From Coriobacteriia bacterium (GTDB lineage Bacteria > Actinomycetota > Coriobacteriia > WRKU01 > WQUG01): 64,000 nt of DNA. Position numbers and translations under genes: made by a program. The stretch spans positions 6,689 to 70,688 of the forward strand of contig WQVS01000001.1 in assembly GCA_009785705.1 (NCBI GenBank), written 5' to 3'. Of this stretch, positions 9,206 to 18,712 are shown in pieces (positions within the stretch are counted from its first letter, which is position 1; every line of letters begins with the position of its first letter). A model generated the notes under the pieces. That model did no database searches. It was given only the letters and a program-made list of their open reading frames with translations, and was not told the DNA's origin.

Positions 9206-10567
9206 ATGAAGGAGGAAACTGCCATGTCAAACACAGACACACACAAGTCACGCTTTGTACTGGAAGAAAAGGACATGCCAACAGCCTGGTATAACATTCA
9301 GGCAGACATGCCTGAAATGCCACCTTATCTTGATGGCAATAACGAGCCCGCAAGAGCCGAGCAGTTAGCAGCGATTTTCCCGCCCGCACTAATCGAGCAG
9401 GAAATGACAAAGCAGCGCTACATCGATATTCCAGGTGCCGTCATTGACGTACTGCGCACCTATCGTCCTGGGCCTCTCACGCGTGCGCGTATGTTTGAAA
9501 AGGCATTAGGGCTGCCTGACAACGTGCGCATTTACTACAAGTACGAGGGCATCAACGCCAGTGGTTCACATAAGGCGAACTCGGCGATTCCGCAGGCCTA
9601 TTACAATAAGCAGGCAGGCATCTCTAAGCTGACTACCGAAACGGGTGCAGGACAATGGGGTAGTGCCTTGTCAATGGCGGGCAGTCAGCTTGATATGGAC
9701 ATTGAAGTGTTCATGGTGGGATGCAGCTATGACCAAAAGCCCTATCGTCGCTATTTCATGGAGAGCTACGGTGCAACGGTGCATCGCTCGCCCACGAACC
9801 TGACCAGTGTTGGACGCGGCATATTGGAAAGTGACCCCGATACTCCTGGCACGCTGGGCATTGCGATTTCTGAAGCAGTAGAGATAGCAGCCAGCAACCC
9901 TGATACCAACTATGCCTTAGGCAGTGTACTGAACCATGTCATCTTGCACCAGACCATTATTGGGCTCGAGGCCATCAAGCAGATGGAACTTGCAGAAGAC
10001 GAGCCCGATGTAATAATCGGCTGTTGTGGCGGTGGCTCAAACTTTGCCGGTCTTGCCTTCCCTTACTACAAGCGTCGCCTTGAAGGCAAATCAAAAGCAC
10101 GCCTGCTAGGAGCAGAGCCAAAATCTTGCCCCACTTTGACTGCAGGTGAATATCGCTACGATTATGGTGACGAAGCAAAGATGACTCCGCAGATGATGAT
10201 GTATACTCTGGGTCACGATTTTGTGCCCCCAGGAATCCATGCAGGAGGTCTGCGCTATCACGGCGACTCGCCGCTGCTATCAGCACTAGTACACAGTGGA
10301 GAAATCGAAGCAACCGCAGTATATCAAACAGACTGCTTCAAGTATGCGCTTATGTTTGGGCGTGCAGAGGCCATGCTGCCAGCTCCCGAAAGCAGCCACG
10401 CTATAGCAGCAGCTGTAGCAGAGGCTCGCGATGCTGCAGAGAAGGGCGAAGAAAGAACCATCCTCTTCGGCCTTTCAGGTCATGGCTTCCTAGATTTGCC
10501 AGCGTATAATGCTTACAATCAGGGGGAATTGCAGGACTACGATTTTGCGACGGGAACCACACGCTAG
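9206..10567 (+). CDS. trpB: Tryptophan synthase beta chain, TrpB2 type (stand-alone)
   Basis: TrpB2 hallmarks are present (DMPTAWYNI; PLP-binding region HKANSA). Start ATG 9206 with RBS AAGGAG 6 nt upstream is chosen because the upstream part of ORF 9086 overlaps the T-box terminator. Confidence 0.85.
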   Translation: MKEETAMSNTDTHKSRFVLEEKDMPTAWYNIQADMPEMPPYLDGNNEPARAEQLAAIFPPALIEQEMTKQRYIDIPGAVIDVLRTYRPGPLTRARMFEKALGLPDNVRIYYKYEGINASGSHKANSAIPQAYYNKQAGISKLTTETGAGQWGSALSMAGSQLDMDIEVFMVGCSYDQKPYRRYFMESYGATVHRSPTNLTSVGRGILESDPDTPGTLGIAISEAVEIAASNPDTNYALGSVLNHVILHQTIIGLEAIKQMELAEDEPDVIIGCCGGGSNFAGLAFPYYKRRLEGKSKARLLGAEPKSCPTLTAGEYRYDYGDEAKMTPQMMMYTLGHDFVPPGIHAGGLRYHGDSPLLSALVHSGEIEATAVYQTDCFKYALMFGRAEAMLPAPESSHAIAAAVAEARDAAEKGEERTILFGLSGHGFLDLPAYNAYNQGELQDYDFATGTTR

Positions 10568-10653
10568 CACGCACTCTCTGTCAATTGTCCGTGTTAGACT
10601 AGTAAGACCGAATTGGACTTATATTTGAGCAAAGGTACAGGTGTTTTTCTCCT

Positions 10654-12018
10654 ATGTTTGATACGTTAGCTAATCGCTTACAGGAAGTATTTACTAATCT
10701 TAATCGCAAAGGCATTTTGACTGAGGCAGATGTTGATGCTGCCATGCGCGAAATCCGCCTAGCACTGCTTGAGGCAGATGTTAATTTTAAAGTTGTTAAG
10801 ACCTTCATAGCGCGTGTGCGTGAGCGAGCTGTGGGTGCCGACGTTATGGGCTCCCTTACTCCAGGTCAGCAGGTCGTAAAGATTGTGCTAGATGAATTGA
10901 CCAAGTTGCTTGGTGAAAAGCCTACGCGCATGGTGTTGGGCAACCGTATGCCCAGCGTTATCATGATGGTAGGTCTGCAGGGTTCTGGTAAGACTACAGC
11001 CACTTCAAAGCTGGCATGGAGACTGCGCAAGCAAGGCAAGCGTCCCCTTATGGTTGCTTGCGACGTCCATAGACCGGCAGCGATTGATCAGCTAGAGGCA
11101 CTCGGTCGCGAATTGCAGATTCCTGTCTATCGCGGACAAGGAGTATCAGCAGGCGACGCTGTAGCAACAGCAGCAGAAGGCATCAAGTATGCTGTTGATA
11201 ACATGCTAGACGTGGTCATTGTTGATACTGCAGGTCGTTTGCACGTAGACGAAGAAATGATGGCAGAAGCTACGGCAATCAAGCAGGCTGTAAAGCCCGA
11301 TCAAATACTCATGGTAGTGGACGCTATGACAGGTCAAGATGCTGTCAACGTTACCGCAGAGTTCAGCAAGGTGCTAGACTTCGATGGCCTAATCATGTCT
11401 AAGCTTGATGGTGATGCGCGTGGTGGTGCTGCACTTTCGATTCGTGAAGTAACGGGTAAACCTATCCTTTTTGCATCAGAAGGTGAGAAGCCGTCCAGTT
11501 TGGATGAGTTCCACCCAGACCGTATGGCAAAGCGCATTCTCGGCATGGGTGATGTGGTAAGTCTCATCGAAACAGCTATGGAGACTGACCTCACAGAAGA
11601 GATTTCTGAATGGGATGAAGAACGCTTAAAGAAGGGTCAGTTTACTTTTGACGACTTCTTGAAAAGCATCAAGCAGATGCGCAAGATGGGCGGTATTGGT
11701 GCCATCATGAAGATGCTTCCTGGTGGGGGAGCAGGTATTCCAGATGGAGCTATTGATGACAAGCAAATCTCGCGCATGGAAGCAATAATTTTTTCCATGA
11801 CACCTAAAGAGCGCGCTAATCCAAAGCTGCTAAATGGTTCTCGCAGAGCCCGCATTGCTGCAGGTTCAGGCACCACTGTAGTAGAAATTAATCGTCTCAT
11901 GAAGCAATTTACTGAAGCGCAAAAGATGATGAAGCAATTCAGTATGGGTGGCGGAAAAGGAAAAGGGAAAAGAGGCCGCAAAGGTCGTGGAGGTTTCCCA
12001 GGAGGCCTACCCTTCTAA
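10654..12018 (+). CDS. ffh: Signal recognition particle protein Ffh (SRP54)
   Basis: Has N, G (GSGKTT; DTAGR) and Met-rich M domains, with a Gly/Lys-rich tail. Confidence 0.95.
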   Translation: MFDTLANRLQEVFTNLNRKGILTEADVDAAMREIRLALLEADVNFKVVKTFIARVRERAVGADVMGSLTPGQQVVKIVLDELTKLLGEKPTRMVLGNRMPSVIMMVGLQGSGKTTATSKLAWRLRKQGKRPLMVACDVHRPAAIDQLEALGRELQIPVYRGQGVSAGDAVATAAEGIKYAVDNMLDVVIVDTAGRLHVDEEMMAEATAIKQAVKPDQILMVVDAMTGQDAVNVTAEFSKVLDFDGLIMSKLDGDARGGAALSIREVTGKPILFASEGEKPSSLDEFHPDRMAKRILGMGDVVSLIETAMETDLTEEISEWDEERLKKGQFTFDDFLKSIKQMRKMGGIGAIMKMLPGGGAGIPDGAIDDKQISRMEAIIFSMTPKERANPKLLNGSRRARIAAGSGTTVVEINRLMKQFTEAQKMMKQFSMGGGKGKGKRGRKGRGGFPGGLPF

Positions 12019-12039
12019 AGGTATGACGTACACACCACA

Positions 12040-12110
12040 AAAGGTGAATAGGGGACTTCAGTCAGTAGAAGGGATAGCCTTCCTTGCGCCCCCTATTCAC
12101 CTTTTGCTAC
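12040..12110. terminator. Strong bidirectional intrinsic terminator between ffh (+) and the GT2 gene (-)
   Basis: 15-bp stem AAAGGTGAATAGGGG / CCCCTATTCACCTTT followed by TTGCTACTTTT. Confidence 0.6.
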
Positions 12111-12180
12111 TTTTGATGTGCTCCTAGACAAATACATTGCATGAATGCTGCTTTCGAAAAGCCAATGCAGAGACTGAGTG

Positions 12181-12981
12181 CTACTTACGTTTCAAATTAA
12201 GTAGAATCACGGCACCTAATACATCGCGAAATTGCTTTCCGCGGTGAAAGAATCCGCGTAAGTTCCTCCCCGTGGCTTTGTGTGCCATAGTAGTTTCAAT
12301 CTCGCGTACACGGTAACCTGCTCGCAGAGCACGTACCGTTAAGGACACCTCCACTCCATAACCTCTTGCAAAGGGACGAATGTGTGTTAGGCAGGCTTGG
12401 GTTACAGCACGTTGTCCAGATAGAGGGGCCTGAAAGTCTTCGTCTTTGCCGCCTGCTCTACGAATCTCAAAGCGGGCAAGACTTTTGACTAGTCCAAAGC
12501 CTGCTTTGGCTGTTGGCCTAGGGAAGCGCGCTATGGTCATGTCGACTTCGCCTCTTAGTACAGGATTGAGCAAGTCACTCGCCTGACTAGCAGTTCCTGC
12601 TAAATCAGCATCTAGCAATAGAACGATGTCAGCATCCTCATGTTGTTTTGCAGCATGTTCTAGCACGGGCCCTTTGCCTACATTGCGAGTTGACCTAATG
12701 ACACGTGCGCCTGCATCAACTGCTAACTGTGCGGTACCGTCTTTGCTGCCATCATCGATGACCACGATGCGATTAACTTCTGGAATAGCTTTCACGGCAT
12801 TGATAGTTGCCGTAATGCGCTCTTCTTCGTTGAAGGCAGGAATGATGGCGACCACCTTTGGATTTTCAGGCAAAGTTGCACGTCTTTGTTCTAGCTGCTC
12901 AAAGGGACAATCTTTTTCGGTAGAGTTCATCTCAGCTTTCACTGTGCCTGCTTTCTTGTTTGTTGTGCTTTGCGAGCTCAT
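12181..12981 (-). CDS. Family 2 glycosyltransferase (polyprenol-phosphate sugar transferase-like)
   Basis: GT2 motifs VAIIPAFNEE...VIDDGS...DAD. Overlaps the murJ stop by 4 nt. Confidence 0.8.
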   Translation of the reverse strand: MSSQSTTNKKAGTVKAEMNSTEKDCPFEQLEQRRATLPENPKVVAIIPAFNEEERITATINAVKAIPEVNRIVVIDDGSKDGTAQLAVDAGARVIRSTRNVGKGPVLEHAAKQHEDADIVLLLDADLAGTASQASDLLNPVLRGEVDMTIARFPRPTAKAGFGLVKSLARFEIRRAGGKDEDFQAPLSGQRAVTQACLTHIRPFARGYGVEVSLTVRALRAGYRVREIETTMAHKATGRNLRGFFHRGKQFRDVLGAVILLNLKRK

Positions 12982-14744
12982 GCTTTGCTCCTGCTGAACT
13001 TTCTCTTTATGGCTTTGCTAAAGTTACCTATTTCTTCAATGCCCAGTAACTTTGCAGCAATTGCGGTAAGTGCTAAACCTATGATTCCTATAACAAGCAC
13101 TACAACTAGTCCCAACAGCCTGTCATCAGGAATCAAGCCAGTTTGAGCCAGAGACTCTGTTAAGAGTCTGGACCCATAATAAGCAACAACTCCTACAGCT
13201 AAGGCAACCACAGTCATCTTGGCGAAAACTCCCATGAAAGATTTAATATCAAATGAGCCAATCTTTCGGCGCAAGAGATAGAGCAAGGTCAGGAATAGCA
13301 GGACGAAAAAGATACCATCAGATATAGGAATACCAATTACTCCCAAAGCAATGTATGTAGTGATATTGCCTGTTAGGAAGAGGTAGCCAACGACCTGAAC
13401 AATCGTCAGTGCAAAGTTTGCAATGGCTGGTGTCCAGGTATCACTAAGCGAATAAAAGGCACGTAGCAGGTACATAAGCCCAGCGAAAAAGACTAGGCTG
13501 ACAGCCCATATCTGTAGCACTGCTACGATAGCTGGTACATCCGCTGCATCCGTACGACCACCTACGTAGAGAGAAATGAGTGGTCCAGCTAACCCGAACA
13601 TTAAGGCAGATGCCGGTAGCATAAGTAGGGTAGTGGTTCTTAGTCCAGCAACAAGCGATGTCTTGAATTCTGCCATGTTCTTATCGGTGGCAGCCTTAGA
13701 TAGCTCTGTAAAGAGTGCCGTTGCTACAGAAACAGCGATAATGCCGTAGGGCAGATTATGCCAAACGCTAGCAAAGAATATCACAGATTGACTGGCATCT
13801 CCCGTAGTTGCTGCTGTAGCATTTCGCACAGAAACTGCAACTAAGTTACAGCCAACATAGAAAATCATAGGCAGGGCAAGCTTCAGCATGGTGTGAAGCT
13901 CTGGATCGCGCAGGTCAATACCAATGTAAAGCTTAAAACCTGTCTTGCGCAGGGAAGGAATCATTACCAGAAACATTACCAACACACCTAGTGAGGTACC
14001 CACGGCAATAAGGGTGAAGGTGGTCTCGTTCAAATACATCTGGCTTGCGGCCAATAAGAAGCCAATGACAACCAAATTGTTAAAGACAGGTCCCAAAGAT
14101 GCCCATAAATACTTACGTTGAGCATTAAGCAGGGCTTGAATAATCATGCCAACGCCGTAGAACACGGCCTGGATGGCAAAGAACCTAAAGAAGAAGCTTG
14201 CCAGTTCCAGCAGTTCTTCCACATTGCCAGAATCTCCCGCAAGAAAGTATTGCGTCCACATAATGGGCTGCGGGAATAAAGTACCCAATAAGGCAATAAT
14301 GCCCAACACTACAGCAAAGAGTGTCATCAAATTGCCAGCAAAACGCCAAGAAGCTTCATCTCCGCGCTCTTTACGAATGCGCATAAAGGTAGGAATAAAG
14401 ACAGAGAAGAGAACACCGCCTGCAATCAGTTCAAAAATCATGTTAGACATGTTATTTGAAGCAGTATAAGCACTGGCGATAGCACCAGGTCCTAGCGCAA
14501 GGGCAAGTGCCCAAGCACGGACAAAGCCTGTAATTCTAGATAGAGTGGTAGCAAGCACCATAACCAAAGTTGACTTACCAACCTGCGCTTCTTCAAGGGC
14601 AGACTTTTCTTCCGGTGGTGCATCGGCCTCTAAGGCATTTTCTGCTGAGGCACCATCTGCAGAAAAGGACAACTCATCTAATGTATCTTTTTCTACAGCA
14701 GGCTCATGTTCTTGCTTTGCGTGTTCTTTCTCTGAAATTGACAT
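12978..14744 (-). CDS. murJ: Lipid II flippase MurJ (MviN) with an acidic N-terminal extension
   Basis: 588 aa with about 14 TM segments and MurJ N-terminal conservation (LATTLSRITGFVRAWALA). Confidence 0.85.
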   Translation of the reverse strand: MSISEKEHAKQEHEPAVEKDTLDELSFSADGASAENALEADAPPEEKSALEEAQVGKSTLVMVLATTLSRITGFVRAWALALALGPGAIASAYTASNNMSNMIFELIAGGVLFSVFIPTFMRIRKERGDEASWRFAGNLMTLFAVVLGIIALLGTLFPQPIMWTQYFLAGDSGNVEELLELASFFFRFFAIQAVFYGVGMIIQALLNAQRKYLWASLGPVFNNLVVIGFLLAASQMYLNETTFTLIAVGTSLGVLVMFLVMIPSLRKTGFKLYIGIDLRDPELHTMLKLALPMIFYVGCNLVAVSVRNATAATTGDASQSVIFFASVWHNLPYGIIAVSVATALFTELSKAATDKNMAEFKTSLVAGLRTTTLLMLPASALMFGLAGPLISLYVGGRTDAADVPAIVAVLQIWAVSLVFFAGLMYLLRAFYSLSDTWTPAIANFALTIVQVVGYLFLTGNITTYIALGVIGIPISDGIFFVLLFLTLLYLLRRKIGSFDIKSFMGVFAKMTVVALAVGVVAYYGSRLLTESLAQTGLIPDDRLLGLVVVLVIGIIGLALTAIAAKLLGIEEIGNFSKAIKRKFSRSKA

Positions 14745-14990
14745 AGCATCTATGATAGTTGACCTAGGTGCCTAATGCCACGAATGGGCAAGCTTCTTTG
14801 GTCGAATGTTTAGTCATGGCTCACCATCCCAGTCTGATTGCCTGAAATCTCTCGCAATTGCGCATTTGCCAGCAGTGAAGTCATCTGGGTAATGGCAACT
14901 TGATTGAAGCAATATGTCTATGAGCATAAGTTCCTCCATAGCGTCCACGTTTAGAGACAGTGCCGATTGCACTTGTTCGCTCAATGATGC

Positions 14991-15875
14991 TTACTGTTTT
15001 GGTTCAGGCAGATGGAAATTTTCATCTGCTGTGTCAACTAGTTCATGTTTGGCACTGCTAACCACACGCTTGCCCGTTTCGGCTTCTAGCCTTTCGCGGG
15101 CGACACCTGCAACCGCACCACCGCGTTGGGCAGCATCGGTATTTTCTCCCATGCCTTGAGCGTCTTCAACTCGAGCAATCTCAGTAGTAGATGCTTCGCC
15201 TAGTTGACTAAAGAGTAGCTCCAATTCAGTCATGTGATCACGAAGATTCTCCCGTTTGATACCTTTGATTTTCTTGTGTTGTGAAGGAGCTACATCAAAA
15301 GTGCCCTTAGCAATCTCGGCAGTGAGAATAGCATAGTCTCGTTCATTATCTATTCCACGCTTACCCCATTCGTCAGTTAGCTCGTGTCGAATAGCAATAC
15401 CACGAACGCGTCGCTCTATCCATGAATCAGGATAACCTTTTAGACGATAGAGCGCCTTCATTCGCTTTTGCGCAAGTTCAGGATTTTCAATTTCTTGTAC
15501 GCGCTCATAGCCCACACGAGCAAGCCAGCGTTTAAAGGGCTCAGCCTTCTTGCTGGGAATCGACTGCACTAGGCGGAAAATACCTTCGGTGTTCCAGCAT
15601 TTGAATTTTTGCTTGCCACCAGCCGTTTGAAAGGTCAGCTCAAGGGGGGTGTCAATTTGCCACGCCCCTTTGATTTCACCACTTTTGAACAACTTGGCAA
15701 TCTCGGGATCACGTCTGCGCATATCACGGACATATCTTGCTGGATCAACACTGTCTGTTAAGGCAACCACAACGTCATTAATCACAAACCACCACTCGCC
15801 CTGCCAGAGCTTGCGACGAATGTCCTTGCTTTTAAACATTACAATTTTGTCAAAGTTTTCTTCAGTATTTGTCAT
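14991..15875 (-). CDS. DinD-like DNA-damage-inducible protein with a Bro-N-like N-terminal domain
   Basis: The N-terminal Bro-N-like segment and the central region recall E. coli DinD. Nothing adjacent is clearly phage-derived. Confidence 0.5.
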   Translation of the reverse strand: MTNTEENFDKIVMFKSKDIRRKLWQGEWWFVINDVVVALTDSVDPARYVRDMRRRDPEIAKLFKSGEIKGAWQIDTPLELTFQTAGGKQKFKCWNTEGIFRLVQSIPSKKAEPFKRWLARVGYERVQEIENPELAQKRMKALYRLKGYPDSWIERRVRGIAIRHELTDEWGKRGIDNERDYAILTAEIAKGTFDVAPSQHKKIKGIKRENLRDHMTELELLFSQLGEASTTEIARVEDAQGMGENTDAAQRGGAVAGVARERLEAETGKRVVSSAKHELVDTADENFHLPEPKQ

Positions 15876-16016
15876 AGCGTATCAGCCCTATCTGCCGCGA
15901 AAATTGAAAGAATATACGAACAAACATACTCCCACAAAACAGCTATGTCAACACTAGTGAATTAGTTCATATCTCCTCCACAAAAAACAGGGGAGGACAG
16001 GTCCACCTTAACTAAT

Positions 16017-16045
16017 TTGTACAAGTTGTACACTTATGCCATAAT
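16017..16045 (+). promoter_or_regulatory. Sigma70-like promoter overlapped by tandem TTGTACA operator repeats, upstream of the toxin-antitoxin pair
   Basis: TTGTACAagTTGTACA sits at 16017-16032. The -35 TTGTAC, a 17-nt spacer and the -10 CATAAT at 16040-16045 form the promoter. RBS GGTGAGGAG precedes ATG 16087. Confidence 0.45.
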
Positions 16046-16086
16046 GAGCTTAGTCAACAGCGACCAGTGGGTGAGGAGATTGGCCT

Positions 16087-16365
16087 ATGTTAAGTCTAGC
16101 TATCGCAGAAGCCAGAGCACAGTTTTCAAGCGTTCTCGAAAGGGTGCAGTCTGGCGAAGAGGTAAAAATTACAAAAGGCAAGAAGAATGAGCCCATTGCC
16201 GTCGTTATCCCTTATGAGGCATGGATGAAGACTAAACCCAAAAAGCGCAAAATGGGCATGCTTGAACACTGGAATGTAGATGTTGAAGTTCCTAAAATGT
16301 CATATGAAGAATTAATGGGTTACCCTGAAGGCACCTTTAATCACCTAATGGTTGGTGATGAGTAG
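16087..16365 (+). CDS. Type II antitoxin (Phd/YefM-like)
   Basis: 92-aa protein. Its stop overlaps the start of the PIN toxin gene (ATGA). Confidence 0.6.
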   Translation: MLSLAIAEARAQFSSVLERVQSGEEVKITKGKKNEPIAVVIPYEAWMKTKPKKRKMGMLEHWNVDVEVPKMSYEELMGYPEGTFNHLMVGDE

Positions 16366-16763
16366 TGGACTTCCTAATGGATACTAACGTCTTGATTTGG
16401 TGGCACCTTTCTCCTCGTAAGTTGTCTCATAAAGTAAGGCGAATTCTTGAAGATCCCTACAATACTGTCTACTTTTCACCATTGAACATGTGGGAAATCT
16501 CGATTAAGTATCAACTTGGAAGACTTCCTCTTGGGGGGAAGAACCCCGAAGAATTCTTTGATGCTATAGATTTAGATGACAATTTCCTTTGCTTAAACTT
16601 GTTGCCTGGCACATTGGTGACAAGCTTTAATCTTCCACTTCGTCATAGTGATATGTTTGACAATATGTTGGTGTGGGAGTCCTTGCAGCATGATTTAGTC
16701 TTACTTACGGCAGACGAGACGCTACGCATTTATGAGCAGGATGGCCTACGCCTAGTCATCTGA
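16365..16763 (+). CDS. vapC: PIN-domain toxin VapC
   Basis: PIN fold with acidic residues (MDTNVLIWW...). Translationally coupled to the upstream antitoxin. Confidence 0.7.
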   Translation: MDFLMDTNVLIWWHLSPRKLSHKVRRILEDPYNTVYFSPLNMWEISIKYQLGRLPLGGKNPEEFFDAIDLDDNFLCLNLLPGTLVTSFNLPLRHSDMFDNMLVWESLQHDLVLLTADETLRIYEQDGLRLVI

Positions 16764-16800
16764 TTTATCAAACTTCGCCCTGGCTCGAAGTTTGATAAAT
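16763..16800 (+). terminator. Perfect 15-bp hairpin after vapC. It is a terminator, or an operator-like palindrome.
   Basis: ATTTATCAAACTTCG with loop CCCTGGCT then CGAAGTTTGATAAAT. The downstream T-tract is weak. Confidence 0.4.
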
Positions 16801-16937
16801 CGTTGCTCTTATAACCCCCTTAGTGGGCTATACTAAAATACCGTATGAACAAATCACCGTTGTTGTGATGCGGGCTGCAGTTAGGCAGCCGCAGAGCAAC
16901 CATAAGCAAACCCTTAAACAGGAGAGGTTGATATCGT

Positions 16938-18608
16938 ATGGGACTAGGCACGGACAGTAGTAAGGCTGGAACTGGTGCTGCGCTTGGCAATCGTAAAGCT
17001 AAGCATATTTTTGTAACGGGTGGCGTTGTTTCGTCACTAGGCAAAGGCATTACCGCCGCTTCTCTGGGACTACTGCTCAAATCGCGTGGCTATAAAGTCA
17101 CCATGCAAAAACTTGACCCTTATCTTAATATTGACCCAGGAATGATGAGCCCTTACCAGCATGGTGAAGTCTTCGTCACAGAAGATGGGGTAGAGACTGA
17201 CCTTGACCTAGGACATTATGAGCGCTTTGTTGATGAAGCCATGACACGCGATAGCAGCGTGACTTCTGGTTCTGTCTACTATGACCTTATTCAGCGTGAA
17301 CGCACGGGTGATTTTTCTGGTGGAACTATTCAAGTTGTGCCACATCTTACTAATGAGGTTAAGGACCGCATTAAGCGCCTAGCCTTAGATACAGACGCAG
17401 ACTTTGTCATCACCGAAGTGGGTGGCACGGTAGGCGACATCGAATCACTACCCTTCATTGAAGCTATTAGGCAGATGCGCCGTGATGTTGGACGGGAAAA
17501 TGTCTGCTACATCCATGTGACGCTCGTACCCTGGATAAAGGCTGCTCATGAAATGAAAACTAAGCCTACGCAGCATAGCGTCCAGCAATTGCGCAGTCAG
17601 GGCATACACCCAAACTTTATCATTTGTCGCTGCGAGCATGAGATAGAGCAAGACCTGCTCGATAAGGTTGCACTATTTTGTGATGTAGAGCCAGAGCGCG
17701 TTCTAACTGCACAGGACTCAGAATCGCTCTTGCTTGTGCCTCATGGACTGCAGGAACAGGGCTTTGATACGAAGGTTCTAGAACGTTTCGGTATGGCGCT
17801 TAATCAGTCCGACCTCAGCGCCTGGGATACCTTTATCGAAAAGACTAATAGCCTAAGTGACAGTGTGCGCATAGCACTGGTAGGAAAATACATAGAGCTT
17901 CCCGACGCCTACTTATCGGTGACAGAGGCCTTAAAGCATGCAGGTGTCCACCACGATCATCTTATTCAGCTGGAATGGATTGATGCAGGCAATTTAAGCC
18001 CCGAAGAAGTTAAAGATGCCTTAAAGGGCTTTGATGGCATCTTAGTCCCAGGAGGCTTTGGGGAACGTGGGGCAGAAGGCAAGGTCGCCGCAGCTCAATT
18101 TGCCAGAGAGAACAAGGTACCCTTCCTCGGCATTTGTTTTGGAATGCAAATGGCAGTCATAGAGTTTGCTCGCAACGTGGCAGACATGAAAGGTGCAGGC
18201 TTCTCAGAGTTTGACCCAGATTCCCCCTACCCAGTCATCAACCTGCTTGCAGGAAAAGAGAATTCTGACTTTACTGATGGCGACATGCGTCTGGGTGCAA
18301 AGGATATTAAAATCGCTCCTAACTCTATCGCGCATGAAATATATGCCAGCCTTGATGCTAGTGAGCGCCATCGTCATAGACATGGCGTAAACAATGAATA
18401 TCGCAAGCATCTAGAGGATGCAGGACTAGTCTTCTCAGGAACTTCAAGCTGCGATGAAGTTGTCGAAATGATAGAGCTGCCACGTAGCGTACATCCTTGG
18501 TTCGTGGGCACGCAAGGACACCCAGAGCTTAAGAGTCGTGCAACACGCCCAACCCCTGTGTTCGCCAGCTTCATACGGGCAGCAATTGACCGCAAAAACG
18601 GAAGTTAA
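16938..18608 (+). CDS. pyrG: CTP synthase
   Basis: Synthetase domain (IFVTGGVVSSLGKG) plus glutamine amidotransferase domain (GICFGMQ). There is an N-terminal extension of about 20 aa. Confidence 0.95.
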   Translation: MGLGTDSSKAGTGAALGNRKAKHIFVTGGVVSSLGKGITAASLGLLLKSRGYKVTMQKLDPYLNIDPGMMSPYQHGEVFVTEDGVETDLDLGHYERFVDEAMTRDSSVTSGSVYYDLIQRERTGDFSGGTIQVVPHLTNEVKDRIKRLALDTDADFVITEVGGTVGDIESLPFIEAIRQMRRDVGRENVCYIHVTLVPWIKAAHEMKTKPTQHSVQQLRSQGIHPNFIICRCEHEIEQDLLDKVALFCDVEPERVLTAQDSESLLLVPHGLQEQGFDTKVLERFGMALNQSDLSAWDTFIEKTNSLSDSVRIALVGKYIELPDAYLSVTEALKHAGVHHDHLIQLEWIDAGNLSPEEVKDALKGFDGILVPGGFGERGAEGKVAAAQFARENKVPFLGICFGMQMAVIEFARNVADMKGAGFSEFDPDSPYPVINLLAGKENSDFTDGDMRLGAKDIKIAPNSIAHEIYASLDASERHRHRHGVNNEYRKHLEDAGLVFSGTSSCDEVVEMIELPRSVHPWFVGTQGHPELKSRATRPTPVFASFIRAAIDRKNGS

Positions 18609-18712
18609 TGGACGCCCTCTCAGGCATCCTACAATACAAGACTTAACATTGACACTAGAAACATGAGCAAGTTACATATCACGCAGAACAAAAGAAAGCA
18701 TGAAGGTATATT

